Under the pieces are notes generated by a model. The model did no database searches. It was not told the origin of the DNA and saw nothing but the letters and a program-made list of their open reading frames with translations. From a virus, in the IMG/VR virus record IMGVR_UViG_3300021478_000015, positions 1-64,000 of that record: a stretch of DNA of 64,000 bases. One strand, 5' to 3'. Shown here one piece after another: positions 18,303 to 28,551 of the stretch. How positions within the stretch are numbered: position 1 is the stretch's first letter; each line of letters begins with the position of its first letter. Both the position numbers and the translations under genes were made by a program.

Positions 18303-19494
18303 GTTTCGAAGTGGAGCAGAAGAGGCTGCCAAGTCTCAAATGGCCTCCTTTAACCGCGTGGACTTCTTTTCTGTCGAGCCGGATAAGTCTGTTGTCGTGA
18401 GGTTTCTCATGGACTACGACGAGTGGCCGTCCGTCGAGGTTCACACCATGGTTCCCGTCCAGAAGGAGAAGCCAGCCGAACGCCGGTCCTGGCCCAAGAC
18501 GGTTCCGGCTATCTGCCGTCGAACCAAGCTGCCGGACAGCACTCCTCTCGATGTCCAGGCCACCATGCCGTTCTTCCCGTATCTGTACCCCGACTGCTAC
18601 GTCTGCGATCACATTCGCAAGGCCGATGGCAAGCCCATCTCCCGCACCTCCCGCTCCTTCACGCTCCTGGTCATCCGGGAGGAAGTACGCGGTGACGGAT
18701 CTGCCGAACTGGGCGGTGAGGCCAACAAGGGCAAGCTCCTCGGTTACAAGGACAAGATGAAGGAAGTAGCCGTGGTGGACTCGGCCGGAAAGCCCACCGG
18801 GGACGTGGAGAAGGTCCGGGACATCCGCATCGTCCAGCAGGCCTACTCCAACTTCTTCATCCACCTGGAGGGCATGGCCGGGGTCCACGGCACCCTGCTC
18901 GACCGGGACTACTTCATCAAGCGCAAGGGCGAGTCCACCGACACCGAGTATCAGGTGGTCCACCTCGATCAGCAGCATGTGAACGGAGCCAACGGGCCGG
19001 TCATCTTCGACCTGAGGAACCCCGAGTTCGCCAAGCGCTACGGCATCGAGGTCACCGCCCAGGGCCGGGTCTACCCCAAGGAGCTTGACCTGGACGAGCA
19101 CATCGAGCGCCAGATGGCCGACCGTTACTACGGGCTCTACCTCGACCCCCGTATTCCACAGCCTGTGGAGGGAGGTGGGGATAACGCCGCGACCCCGGCG
19201 GCCGCTCCGGTGGCCAAGCCTGACACCGAGGCCACCAGTGACCAGATGGCGGCCCTGAGAGACCGGGTGGTGGGCTACTCCAAGACCAACGCCCTAGAGG
19301 GCAACGGAGCCACCACAGAGGCCCCTCAGAGCGTCCCTGAGCCCGTGGCGGCCCAGGCTCCGGTGCAGGTCCCCACAGCGCCTCCTGCGGCTCCTGCGGC
19401 CCCATCTGTGCCTCAGCCGGTCATGGTTCCGGCTGGCGCTGAGGACTTGCCGGTGTCTCCTGGCCAGCCGGTGGTGACACCCGACTTCGGCTAG
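18295..19494 (+). CDS. single-stranded DNA-binding protein, gp32-like
   Basis: VVRFL, C..CYVCD, RDYFIKRKG..TEY, low-complexity tail, replisome context. Confidence 0.7.
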   Translation: MSKFRSGAEEAAKSQMASFNRVDFFSVEPDKSVVVRFLMDYDEWPSVEVHTMVPVQKEKPAERRSWPKTVPAICRRTKLPDSTPLDVQATMPFFPYLYPDCYVCDHIRKADGKPISRTSRSFTLLVIREEVRGDGSAELGGEANKGKLLGYKDKMKEVAVVDSAGKPTGDVEKVRDIRIVQQAYSNFFIHLEGMAGVHGTLLDRDYFIKRKGESTDTEYQVVHLDQQHVNGANGPVIFDLRNPEFAKRYGIEVTAQGRVYPKELDLDEHIERQMADRYYGLYLDPRIPQPVEGGGDNAATPAAAPVAKPDTEATSDQMAALRDRVVGYSKTNALEGNGATTEAPQSVPEPVAAQAPVQVPTAPPAAPAAPSVPQPVMVPAGAEDLPVSPGQPVVTPDFG

Positions 19495-19508
19495 AACAAA
19501 GACGACCT

Positions 19509-19546
19509 GTGGGTGGTCGGCCTTGGGGAAGTGACCGACCACCCAC
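19509..19546 (+). terminator. hairpin after SSB
   Basis: 12-bp inverted repeat GTGGGTGGTCGG/CCGACCACCCAC. Confidence 0.6.
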
Positions 19547-19579
19547 GGCCCAGGTTGGAACAAGGCTGGAGGTGAGACG

Positions 19580-19930
19580 ATGACTGCTTGGCCGACTCCC
19601 GGCGGGACGGTGGTACGCGCCGTGCATCCCGAGCTAGGATGCCCCATGCGAGCATCATGCCAGGGGCACTTGTACGTCACGATGAACAGTGCTGTGCCGG
19701 TCGATCACAACCGATCAGAATGTCGGTATGTACAGTCGGCTGAATGCCTGGTGTGCGGATACGTCACACCGCAACTAGACGCCGACTTCTTCACCGAGGC
19801 CACCCCTCAGGATATCGAGGAGTGCCTGGCCATGATCCACCGGCTGATGGAGGATCTTAGGGCTCGTTATCAGTACATCTCCCAGCTTAAGTTTCATGGG
19901 GAGAAGTTCCTGCTCCCGGCTGACCTATGA
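19580..19930 (+). CDS. hypothetical Cys-containing protein
   Basis: GGAGG SD before ATG. Confidence 0.55.
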   Translation: MTAWPTPGGTVVRAVHPELGCPMRASCQGHLYVTMNSAVPVDHNRSECRYVQSAECLVCGYVTPQLDADFFTEATPQDIEECLAMIHRLMEDLRARYQYISQLKFHGEKFLLPADL

Positions 19931-20097
19931 CCTATGACCGCAGGGTGCTGGTGGAAGTCCTCGTCTACCACTGGCCGACGAATACCGCTGGCTGTACCTG
20001 TGGCCAGGTGACGTTAGGGCGGTCCTACCCAGAACACGTAGCAGACGTGTACGAGGCGTCCATAGCGGAACTGCCAGTCGGGGCAGAGGATCAGTGA
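19927..20097 (+). CDS. small hypothetical protein (56 aa)
   Basis: ATGA overlap, H..CTCG..HVAD; read manually, below track cutoff. Confidence 0.6.
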   Translation: MTYDRRVLVEVLVYHWPTNTAGCTCGQVTLGRSYPEHVADVYEASIAELPVGAEDQ

Positions 20098-20273
20098 GCG
20101 TCGAATCAGGGCCTCATTACTTCCGTCATCAGGGTTGGCGTTGGTGGATATGCCGTCATTGCTTCCGGCCCCGCTCTATGCACCCCGTCGATGAATGGGT
20201 TCGATCTCGACCAATCGGTGATCACATTCGTATGACCGCGACCCAGGTGCGCCAAAGTCTGGAGGGGATCTGA
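20094..20273 (+). CDS. small hypothetical protein (59 aa)
   Basis: GTGA and TGATG overlaps; CRHC. Confidence 0.55.
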   Translation: MSVESGPHYFRHQGWRWWICRHCFRPRSMHPVDEWVRSRPIGDHIRMTATQVRQSLEGI

Positions 20274-23200
20274 TGAGCCTCTTCAACTTCGTCCAGGCCC
20301 TCCCTGGCAACGACCGGGCCGTGGTCACAGTGGAGGATATGAGGGTCGAGACCCCCTGTGTGGTGTCCGATCTGGACGGTTTCAGCTACCTGCTGGTGGC
20401 CACTCCTTACGTCTACTACGACACCTTCGCTCAGGCCCACTCTATGGGCATCTCCGTATTGGCCTGTTGGGATGGCCAGTACTGGGCTCATCAGTTTTGG
20501 GATTACTTCATGGACTACCGGGACCCCGAGATCGTCCCGTATCGGATGGGGATCAAGACCATCGACCGGAGGGTGCTGACGCCCTTCGTAGACCTGATGG
20601 ACGCCGACGATGCCGACAACGCCGAGAACGCTCGGCCCACCTTCGTTAACGTCCATACCCACACCGAGTTCTCCGCTCTGGACGGACTGTCCAAGGTGGA
20701 GGAGATTGTCCGACTGGCCGCTGACATGGGCCAACCGGCCTTGGCCGTCACCGACCATGGCATGTGCGCGGCCCATCCCCACCTCCAGCTAAAGGCCACC
20801 GAGGCCGGGATCAAACCCATCTTCGGGCTGGAGGCCTACTTCGTCAACGACCGGCTGTGGCGGCCCACCCCTGGTGACAAGGAGGAGCAGGAGCGGGGCA
20901 AGAACGACTATCACCACCTGATCCTGTGGGCCATGACCGACGAGGGCCTGCACAACCTGTGGGCCATGTCCACCGCGGCGCACCGGGAGGGCTTCTACTA
21001 CCGGCCCCGGCTGGACTGGGAGATCCTGGAGCGCCTCAACGCCGGGGTCATGGCCTCCACCGCCTGCCTGCGCGGCCCCCTGTCGGTCCCCCTCCTGGCC
21101 GACGACGAAGAGCTAGCCGTCCGCAACCTGTCCCGGCTGCAGGCCATCTTCGGGGACCGGCTCTACATCGAGTTCCACTGCAACCAACTCCTCGAACAGC
21201 GCCAGGTCAACCAGGGCCTCATCGACCTGTCCCAACGCTTCAGCGTCCCGCTCGTTGCTGCCGTCGATTCGCATTACCCCTGCCGTGATGACCGGGTCAC
21301 CCATCAGACCTGGCTGGCCCTGCAGACCAAGGACGACCTGCAGGACGAGAACACCCTCTTCGCCGGGGGCCAGGACTACCACCTGATGGACCGGGCCGAG
21401 GTATGCAACGCCCTGGAGGCCCACTACCCCCGAGCCATCGTCTCCGCTGCCCTGGACGAGACGGTGGTCCTGGCGGAGCGCTGCAACGCCCAGGTGGCCT
21501 CCTCCTCCCGGCCGCCCATCTTCTCCAAGCCCACCCCCGAGATGACTCGGACCCTGACCCCCGAGGAGATCACCCAGACCCTCCTGCAGGCCGATGTCAC
21601 CCGGCTCATGGACATCTGCCTGGCCAACTGGGATCGAAAGGTCAAAGGAAAGAGCCATTCCGAGGCGGTGTATATCGAGCGTTTCGAGAAGGAAATGCGG
21701 ATGTATATCGACAAATCCTTCTGCGGGTATTTCGACATCGTCTCTGACTACACCCGGTGGTCCAAGGAGCAGGGCTGGATCATGGGGCCGTCGCGGGGCT
21801 CGGGTGGGGCCTGCCTGGTGGCCTACCTGGCCGACATCATCGAGATCGACCCGGTGGAGGCTGACCTGCCCCTGGCCCGGTTTATGACCCAAGGCCGCCC
21901 GGATCCTCCCGACTTCGACCTGGACTGGCCCTCCTCGGTGCGGACCCCCATCCAGACCTACGTGGCCGAGCGCTGGGGCGAGGAGCATGTGGTCCGGGTC
22001 GGCACCCACACCCGGCTCAAGAACAAGGGCGTCTTCCGCAACCTGGCGCGGGTCCACAAGACCTCCGACAGCCGTCAGGTGGAGTTCCTGGACCTGGAGG
22101 CCATCTGCAAGATCATCGAGGATGAGGAGGCCGACTCAGCCGGTCTGGGCAAGTCCTGGGAGGTGGTCTACCTGGCTAACGAGGAGGTCTTCGCCCCCTA
22201 CGTGGCCAAGTACCCCTGGCTGTTCGATCTGGCCACCAAGCTGGTTGGTCGGCTCAAGAGCTACAGCCGCCACGCCGCCGGGATGGTCATCTCCACCGAG
22301 AACACCCTGACCGACTGGCTGCCCATGCGGATGGGCGATGACGGTCACATGATCTCCGACTTCGACATGGAGGCTCTGGAGAAGCTCCACCTGCTCAAGT
22401 TCGACTTCCTGACCCTCCGCACCCTCGACACCCTGCAGGAGTGCATCGACCTGATCCACAAGCGCCGCCACGGGATCCGGGTGGATCTCTATAGCTGGAC
22501 CAAGGAGATGTACGCCGATCCCCTGGTCTGGGAGGGCATCAAGGACGGCTACACCATGGGCCTGTTCCAACTGGAGACCACCGCTGTCACCGGGCTCATC
22601 CGTCGCGTCAAGCCTTCCAACCTGGACGAGCTAGCCGACGTGATCACCCTGGTCCGGCCGGGACCCACCAACTCCGGACTGACTAGCACCTACATCAAGC
22701 GCAAGGACGGCCTGGAGGAGGTGTCGGTCCCCGACCCCCGGCTGGCCGACGTGCTGTCGCGCACCTACGGCTGCATCGTCTACCAGGAGGACATCATCAA
22801 CGTCTGCCGGGTGCTGGCCGGGTATGACGAGGAGGAGGCCGACGCGGTTCGCAAGGTGCTCGGCAAGAAGAAGGTCGAGCAGGTCGATGCCATGGGCAGG
22901 AAGTTCATCCCAGCCTGCGTGGATAGGGGTATGGATCGCGAGGCCGCCGAGGTTCTGTGGCATCAAATGGCGGAGTTTTCTAAGTACAGCTTCAACCGTG
23001 CTCACGCCTATGCTTACGCCGTATTAGCCTATTGGACGGCCTGGTTTAAGTTCCACTTCACCCCGGAGTTTCTGACCTCGGTGCTCTCCACTGTGGACAA
23101 GGCCCGCATCCCCGACTTCGTCAACGAGGCCCGGCGCATGCACTTTGCCGTGCTCCCGCCCGACATCAACGAGTCCGGCAAGGGGTTCACCGCCTACGAC

Positions 23201-24010
23201 ACCTCGGTGCGCTACGCCCTGGACGGCATCAAGGGCATCGGGGAGGCGGTGGTGGACGCCCTCATCGTCGGCCAGCCTTACGCCAGCTTCGAGGATTTCC
23301 TGGAGCGGCGCGGGAAAGCCTGCAACGAACTGCATATAAAGCTGCTGGCGGCGGTGGGGGTTTTCGACTCGATCTACCCCAACCGCCATGAGCTAGAGAT
23401 CAAGCTCGACTACCAATCCAGCCCGGAGTCCACCGAGTGCGTCTACATCGACCCCACCAAGACCAGCCTGGTTGGACCCAATCAACTGCCCTGCCGCTTT
23501 GACTGGGGCTCCGAGCCGATTGAGCTATCCAAGACCGGCAAGCCCAAGAAGGCCAAGCCGCTCCCCACCAAGTGCTTCAAGGGCTGCCGCCATTACACCG
23601 CCCCGCCCCCGTGGAGCCCCGACGTGGAGCCCTATACTCCCACCGACATCCAGGATCGGGAGATGTTGCACCTGGGGGTCTGGCTGTCCTCTACTCCCTT
23701 CGATCGCATCGCTGAACAGGACATGGCGATGTGTCACACCGCCGATGAGATCACCCGTGGTCCTCTCGGTGAGTACTTCGTGGCCGCCATCATCAGCAAG
23801 GTGAACCGACGCAAGGATCGTTACGATAACGAGTATGCCTGGGTGAAGCTCTTTGCTCAGACCGGGATATTCGATGGAGTGTGCTGGAGTAAGACCTTCG
23901 CTGGACTCAAGAATATGCTTCGAGAAGGCGTATTGGTCATAGCAGTGATAAACAAGAAGATGGCTCGGGATCGAGAGACCTATGAGATCACGGCTATAAT
24001 GCCGGTGTGA
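20273..24010 (+). CDS. dnaE: DNA polymerase III alpha subunit (family C)
   Basis: PHP HTHTEFSALDG/TDHG, SRGS, PDFDLD, HAAG, KFDFL, YSFNRAH. Confidence 0.97.
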   Translation: MSLFNFVQALPGNDRAVVTVEDMRVETPCVVSDLDGFSYLLVATPYVYYDTFAQAHSMGISVLACWDGQYWAHQFWDYFMDYRDPEIVPYRMGIKTIDRRVLTPFVDLMDADDADNAENARPTFVNVHTHTEFSALDGLSKVEEIVRLAADMGQPALAVTDHGMCAAHPHLQLKATEAGIKPIFGLEAYFVNDRLWRPTPGDKEEQERGKNDYHHLILWAMTDEGLHNLWAMSTAAHREGFYYRPRLDWEILERLNAGVMASTACLRGPLSVPLLADDEELAVRNLSRLQAIFGDRLYIEFHCNQLLEQRQVNQGLIDLSQRFSVPLVAAVDSHYPCRDDRVTHQTWLALQTKDDLQDENTLFAGGQDYHLMDRAEVCNALEAHYPRAIVSAALDETVVLAERCNAQVASSSRPPIFSKPTPEMTRTLTPEEITQTLLQADVTRLMDICLANWDRKVKGKSHSEAVYIERFEKEMRMYIDKSFCGYFDIVSDYTRWSKEQGWIMGPSRGSGGACLVAYLADIIEIDPVEADLPLARFMTQGRPDPPDFDLDWPSSVRTPIQTYVAERWGEEHVVRVGTHTRLKNKGVFRNLARVHKTSDSRQVEFLDLEAICKIIEDEEADSAGLGKSWEVVYLANEEVFAPYVAKYPWLFDLATKLVGRLKSYSRHAAGMVISTENTLTDWLPMRMGDDGHMISDFDMEALEKLHLLKFDFLTLRTLDTLQECIDLIHKRRHGIRVDLYSWTKEMYADPLVWEGIKDGYTMGLFQLETTAVTGLIRRVKPSNLDELADVITLVRPGPTNSGLTSTYIKRKDGLEEVSVPDPRLADVLSRTYGCIVYQEDIINVCRVLAGYDEEEADAVRKVLGKKKVEQVDAMGRKFIPACVDRGMDREAAEVLWHQMAEFSKYSFNRAHAYAYAVLAYWTAWFKFHFTPEFLTSVLSTVDKARIPDFVNEARRMHFAVLPPDINESGKGFTAYDTSVRYALDGIKGIGEAVVDALIVGQPYASFEDFLERRGKACNELHIKLLAAVGVFDSIYPNRHELEIKLDYQSSPESTECVYIDPTKTSLVGPNQLPCRFDWGSEPIELSKTGKPKKAKPLPTKCFKGCRHYTAPPPWSPDVEPYTPTDIQDREMLHLGVWLSSTPFDRIAEQDMAMCHTADEITRGPLGEYFVAAIISKVNRRKDRYDNEYAWVKLFAQTGIFDGVCWSKTFAGLKNMLREGVLVIAVINKKMARDRETYEITAIMPV

Positions 24011-24020
24011 AAGGAAGCTG

Positions 24021-25193
24021 ATGGCTGGAAAGTCAGCATTGAAAGGGATCGAGGCCTTCAAGGAGCGCTTCGACAAGAGCTACGGGGAGGGCAGCCTGCG
24101 GACCGGGGCGGAGTCCCAGGCCCCCTACGGGGTGATCTCCACCGGCTCCCTGCTGCTCGACTATGCCCTCGGGACCGGCGGCCTGGTCGAGGGCCGCCTG
24201 ACCGAGTGGTACGGCTGGGATGACGTAGGTAAGACCACCATGGCCCTCATCGCGGTGGCCGAGGCCCAGCGCAAGTACCCCGACCGCATGGTGGCCTACA
24301 TCGACATGGAGAACAAGCTCGACCTCGACTGGGCCACCGCCCACGGGGTGGACCTGAACCGGTTCTGGCCCTACTGGCCGCGCACCGCCGAGGACGTGGC
24401 CGACGCCACCACCGACTTCCTGCGCGAGCACTTCGTGTCCATGCTGGTGGTCGATTCCATCGGCTCCATGATCAGCCGGGTGGAGATGGAGAAGCAGGCC
24501 GACGAGGCCACCGTGGCGGTGGTGGCCCGCATCGTCACCCGCATGGTCAAGGCCGCCACCTCCCAGTCCCGTCAGCACAAGCCGGTGGTCATCCTCATCA
24601 ACCAGCTACGGTCCGAGATTCGCGCCGCCGGACGGGGCGGCAACGGCACCACCCGGCCGGGCGGCAACGCCCTGCGCTTCCAGACCACCACCCGGCTCAA
24701 GCTCAGCTACACCGCTGAGCCCGCCATGACCGCCCAGAGCCACGGCGACACCATCGAGGTGGCCCGCGAGATCGGGGTCCAGGTGGAGCGCAACAAGTGC
24801 GGGGTCAAGGGCCGGATTGCTAAGGTGAAGCTGGTCTCGGTCCCCACCGAGGTCCACGGCCCCCTGGGTATTGATGTCTATGACGAGACGGCACGTCTGG
24901 GCGACACCCTCGGACTCATCACCAAGGCAGGAAGCTGGTACACCCTCCCTGGTCATGAGAAGCCCCTGCAGGGGCTCAAGGCGGTCGCTACCTACCTCCA
25001 GGCCCACCAGGACGAGACCGACGCCCTGCGGGCTCAGATCCTCTCTACCAGGGCGTCAGAGGTCACTGACGACCTGGGGGTCCCTCTCGCCTTCGAGGGG
25101 GAACTGGAGGCCGTAGAGGGGCCGTCAGAGACGCCTGGTGAGATTGACGGAGACGCTCTCTTCCGTTCGAAGTTCCATCGCCAGGCGCTATGA
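24021..25193 (+). CDS. recA: RecA recombinase
   Basis: ISTGS..LD.ALG.GG, GWDDVGKT, VVDSI, INQLR, GGNALRF. Confidence 0.95.
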   Translation: MAGKSALKGIEAFKERFDKSYGEGSLRTGAESQAPYGVISTGSLLLDYALGTGGLVEGRLTEWYGWDDVGKTTMALIAVAEAQRKYPDRMVAYIDMENKLDLDWATAHGVDLNRFWPYWPRTAEDVADATTDFLREHFVSMLVVDSIGSMISRVEMEKQADEATVAVVARIVTRMVKAATSQSRQHKPVVILINQLRSEIRAAGRGGNGTTRPGGNALRFQTTTRLKLSYTAEPAMTAQSHGDTIEVAREIGVQVERNKCGVKGRIAKVKLVSVPTEVHGPLGIDVYDETARLGDTLGLITKAGSWYTLPGHEKPLQGLKAVATYLQAHQDETDALRAQILSTRASEVTDDLGVPLAFEGELEAVEGPSETPGEIDGDALFRSKFHRQAL

Positions 25194-25203
25194 AAGCTGG
25201 GTG

Positions 25204-25656
25204 ATGGGGGATCTCAACCATCGCATGGGGGACCTGCATGAGGCCTGGTTCGCCCGGCTGTTCTCCGGGGTGCGCTCACCGGGCTCGGGCAACCACCTGA
25301 CCAACCAGGGCGATGGACGGCGCAGCGCCAACCGCTTCGGGCTGGGCTGGGTCTGGGACTGCAAGTCCACCTTGGCCAAGTCGATCGGGGTCTCCCTGGC
25401 CATGTGGGACAAGATCACCGAGCAGGCCGGGACCGACCGACCCCTCATGCCCATCCGGTTCTACCTGAATCACCGTCTCACCGAGTGTGTAGACCTTGTG
25501 GTCATGCAACCCGAGGACCTGATCGAGACCCTGGAGCTACTGGAGGAGGCCGAGCGCCGCCTGGAGCGGATCCGGGATGGGATGACCAACTGCTTGCCCC
25601 GTTACAAGGATCATCCCATGGTGATCAAAGCGCTGCAGTGGGCGAATGGAGAGTGA
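25204..25656 (+). CDS. PD-(D/E)XK Holliday-junction resolvase-like nuclease
   Basis: HE..PGSG..GD..DCKST. Confidence 0.7.
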   Translation: MGDLNHRMGDLHEAWFARLFSGVRSPGSGNHLTNQGDGRRSANRFGLGWVWDCKSTLAKSIGVSLAMWDKITEQAGTDRPLMPIRFYLNHRLTECVDLVVMQPEDLIETLELLEEAERRLERIRDGMTNCLPRYKDHPMVIKALQWANGE

Positions 25657-25657
25657 T

Positions 25658-26080
25658 ATGACCGCTGATTACGAGGTCACCAAGAAGCTGCATTCCACCA
25701 TGGACGCCCAGGTGTGGGCGCAGGAGTGGTGCCGGATCGCCCGAGAGATCGTAGCCAGCAATGACGAGCGAGAACTCATTGACGAGGGCTGGATGATCGG
25801 GTGGTTCGCCAATGCAATCATGATGGGTTGGGACGAGCACGCCCGTCGTTATCCACCGGGTATCTGCCCGAACTGTGGGGAGCCCATCATCGATCATGAC
25901 TCGCAGGAGCGTAAGCGTTGCCATGATGCTGTGAGCGGTTATCGCAGGGAATCCCCACCCGCCGATTATGAGCCATTGCCGAGACGAGGTGATCCTCGGC
26001 TGTGCAGCCTGTATGGACACTCGGAGCCAGGACGCTGCCCCAACTGCGGTGCCCATAACGAACAGATCAGGGATGCCTGA
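25658..26080 (+). CDS. hypothetical protein with Zn ribbons
   Basis: DAQVWA..MIGWFANAI, two CPNCG. Confidence 0.7.
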   Translation: MTADYEVTKKLHSTMDAQVWAQEWCRIAREIVASNDERELIDEGWMIGWFANAIMMGWDEHARRYPPGICPNCGEPIIDHDSQERKRCHDAVSGYRRESPPADYEPLPRRGDPRLCSLYGHSEPGRCPNCGAHNEQIRDA

Positions 26081-26904
26081 TGTCAAAGTTCGGCACTGTC
26101 CTCAAAGGCGTCCTGCAGCAAGAGGTCATCATCCCCCGACTGAACACCTACCTCTACGATCCCAAGTTCCCGGCGTTTACGGTGCCGATGGCCGGGTATG
26201 AGAGGCGAATCCCGGACGGGTGGTTCCATCCGAGTACTCATCCGTTGTGGCCAGAGCGGCTGCTGTACTGGTACGCCAGCCGTCCGGGATCGATGATCAA
26301 CGAGCCTATGGATCCCATCGGCACTCAGGCCGTGACCCAGGGCAACTTCTGGCATGCCTTCATCCAGACCATTGGCATCAACGATGGCTGGCTCAAGGTC
26401 ATGAGCCCCAAGGCTAAGACGCCTCATGACATGGCCGAGTACTGGGTCGAGGACGCTCAGCTTGGGACCGGCGGCTCCCTGGACGGGGTCCTCGAACCCG
26501 ACGACCTGCCCATCGAGGCCGAGGAGGGGTTCGAGGTCAAGACCATGGTCAACGCCAAGCTCCGCAAGTGTCCCAAGGCCCCGCCCATGTCCGATGAGAA
26601 GATCCTGTGGTTCCAGACTACCTCCCCGGAGTACTATGCCCAGGCCATGGAGTATCTCAGGATGTCCGGTTACAAGCGTCAAAGGATCTTGATCACCTCG
26701 GTGGAGTACCCCTATCCCAAGGTGGAGATCTGCGTGCCTTACGATCGTGGTTACTCCAGTCAGATCGTGGAGAAGTATCGCCGGGTCCGCCAAGCGGTAG
26801 CCGAGGGTCATCTGCCTGATCCCTGCTGTGGCTACTTCGATACTAAGATCCAGCAGATGTGCCCGGCTCGCACCGTGTGCCCGATCGCATTGAGGATCGC
26901 ATGA
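26080..26904 (+). CDS. Cas4/RecB-like PD-(D/E)XK exonuclease
   Basis: FHPS, G..WH, GSLDG, EVKT, QxxxY, C-terminal Cys cluster. Confidence 0.8.
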   Translation: MSKFGTVLKGVLQQEVIIPRLNTYLYDPKFPAFTVPMAGYERRIPDGWFHPSTHPLWPERLLYWYASRPGSMINEPMDPIGTQAVTQGNFWHAFIQTIGINDGWLKVMSPKAKTPHDMAEYWVEDAQLGTGGSLDGVLEPDDLPIEAEEGFEVKTMVNAKLRKCPKAPPMSDEKILWFQTTSPEYYAQAMEYLRMSGYKRQRILITSVEYPYPKVEICVPYDRGYSSQIVEKYRRVRQAVAEGHLPDPCCGYFDTKIQQMCPARTVCPIALRIA

Positions 26905-27095
26905 CTCAGTACAATATCAGGGTGGAGCTTGACTGGGAGAACATGCAGACCTCTCCGCACTCAAGTGGTGAGCATGAGTATGAGCATCCCGCCATCAAGG
27001 TGTACACCGATGGGATTCACACTCTTCCCGGTGAAGTTCGCAAGAGGATTGAAGCATGTCTGATTGCGGCATTGGAGCTAGAGAATCGTGGCTGA
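26901..27095 (+). CDS. hypothetical protein
   Basis: ATGA overlap, GAGGA SD. Confidence 0.55.
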   Translation: MTQYNIRVELDWENMQTSPHSSGEHEYEHPAIKVYTDGIHTLPGEVRKRIEACLIAALELENRG

Positions 27096-27276
27096 CTCAG
27101 CGGAGGTTAAACGACAGGTCATACGATATCGGCCGGTGGTGGAGCGTCAGGTCAGGGAGTTGGCCGAAGCCATAGCCCAGGACTTGCTGTATTACGGGAC
27201 TGCTTGGTTGAAGCTGGAGGGTGAGGCCGTAGTCCGCAAAGGCAATCCAGGGGATTTGATCGTGAAGAGCCGATGA
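27088..27276 (+). CDS. hypothetical protein
   Basis: Overlapping operon ORF. Confidence 0.5.
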   Translation: MADSAEVKRQVIRYRPVVERQVRELAEAIAQDLLYYGTAWLKLEGEAVVRKGNPGDLIVKSR

Positions 27277-27887
27277 CCGACCTTTCGAAGTTCCGCATCG
27301 GAGAGCCGGACGGCTCACCCATGGAGCCCCTGCCGGTGCTTGACATCCGGCGCAAGGGGGTGCTATTGGCCTTCGATCAGAGCCTGTCCAACACCGGCTA
27401 CGTGGTCCTCGACAGCCAGAGCGTCGGCTTCCTGACGCCCCAGGTCGTCTTCCGGGCCACCGGCATGCTCAAGGCCCGCGACGATGTCAAGGGCCATGAG
27501 AAGGTCCTCGACCGGGCCATGGACCTGTTCTGGGAGGTTCAGGATGTCTGCCGGGCACATCGGCCGACCTGGGTAACCTTCGAGACGCCGCCGGTCGGCG
27601 GGCGCATGTCGCGCCCGGAGTCCTCTCTGCTGGGCGCGCACAGCATCCGACTGGCGGCCCTCATCGAGAACCCTTTCGTGAAGGCGGTCATGGTCAGCCG
27701 TCAGAAGGCGGCCAAGCGCTGGACCGGCAACGGCAACGCCGACAAGAAGGTGGTAAGAGCAGCCCTCGAAGCCCTGCTGACTTACCATCAGATCGAGAAA
27801 CCCCAGGGTCCCTGGAATGAGCATGTGGTAGATGCGCTCAGCCTGGGCCTGCTGTTCATGGAGGGAAGCGATGGCCCAGCAGGGTAA
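27273..27887 (+). CDS. ruvC: RuvC-like resolvase
   Basis: LLAFDQSLSNTGY, VTFE, TGNGNADK, DALSLG. Confidence 0.88.
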   Translation: MTDLSKFRIGEPDGSPMEPLPVLDIRRKGVLLAFDQSLSNTGYVVLDSQSVGFLTPQVVFRATGMLKARDDVKGHEKVLDRAMDLFWEVQDVCRAHRPTWVTFETPPVGGRMSRPESSLLGAHSIRLAALIENPFVKAVMVSRQKAAKRWTGNGNADKKVVRAALEALLTYHQIEKPQGPWNEHVVDALSLGLLFMEGSDGPAG

Positions 27888-28551
27888 GCAGCGCCAGAGC
27901 GGGCTCACCGCGGCCCAGGAGAGCGCTCTGGCGGCAGGCAAGGGGGCCGACAGTCCCCTGGACTCCGATATCGAGCACACCACCAAGTTCCGCTCGCCGG
28001 GCTTCTCCCGGATGCGGACGGAGTGGAAGCCCGAGGATGCCATCATCCTGACCAAGGCCAAGCTGGCGGCCGAGGATCGCCTGGTCCTGGAGTTCGCAGA
28101 CGCCTACCGGGTCCTGGCCCACATCTACGACATCGTTCGCACCCCGCTCATCGTGGAGGATGAGGTCCAGAAGGACCGCCACGGCTGGACCGTGTGGGCC
28201 AAGGACGAGTACGGCAGCTTCATCGAGGACTGGTCGAAGTTGACCCATGACAAGCGCGACACCATCCTGTTCACCCTGGCCACCCGGCTCTACGACTGGG
28301 AGCAGAAGGCGGCCGACGCCTGGGGTGAGGCCATGTTCGCCAAGGGCCAGTGGGAGGAGACCTACTCGATCGGCTTCGACGCCCCTATGACTGGCACCGT
28401 CAATGACCGCGAGGCCACCGGGCGTATTCACTCTGCGGATGAGCGTTACTTCGCCATCCAGATGACCTTCTACTCCCGCAAGGCCGACGCCTTGGTCAGG
28501 GCCATGACACGTATCGCGGATAGGTTACGGGATACGCTCATCCACCGGTAA
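27871..28551 (+). CDS. helical hypothetical protein
   Basis: GGAGGG SD, codon bias. Confidence 0.8.
   Translation: MAQQGKQRQSGLTAAQESALAAGKGADSPLDSDIEHTTKFRSPGFSRMRTEWKPEDAIILTKAKLAAEDRLVLEFADAYRVLAHIYDIVRTPLIVEDEVQKDRHGWTVWAKDEYGSFIEDWSKLTHDKRDTILFTLATRLYDWEQKAADAWGEAMFAKGQWEETYSIGFDAPMTGTVNDREATGRIHSADERYFAIQMTFYSRKADALVRAMTRIADRLRDTLIHR

Noticed and set aside
26080-26904. Cas4-like gene as part of a CRISPR locus
   Set aside because: No repeat-spacer array or other cas genes; recombination context
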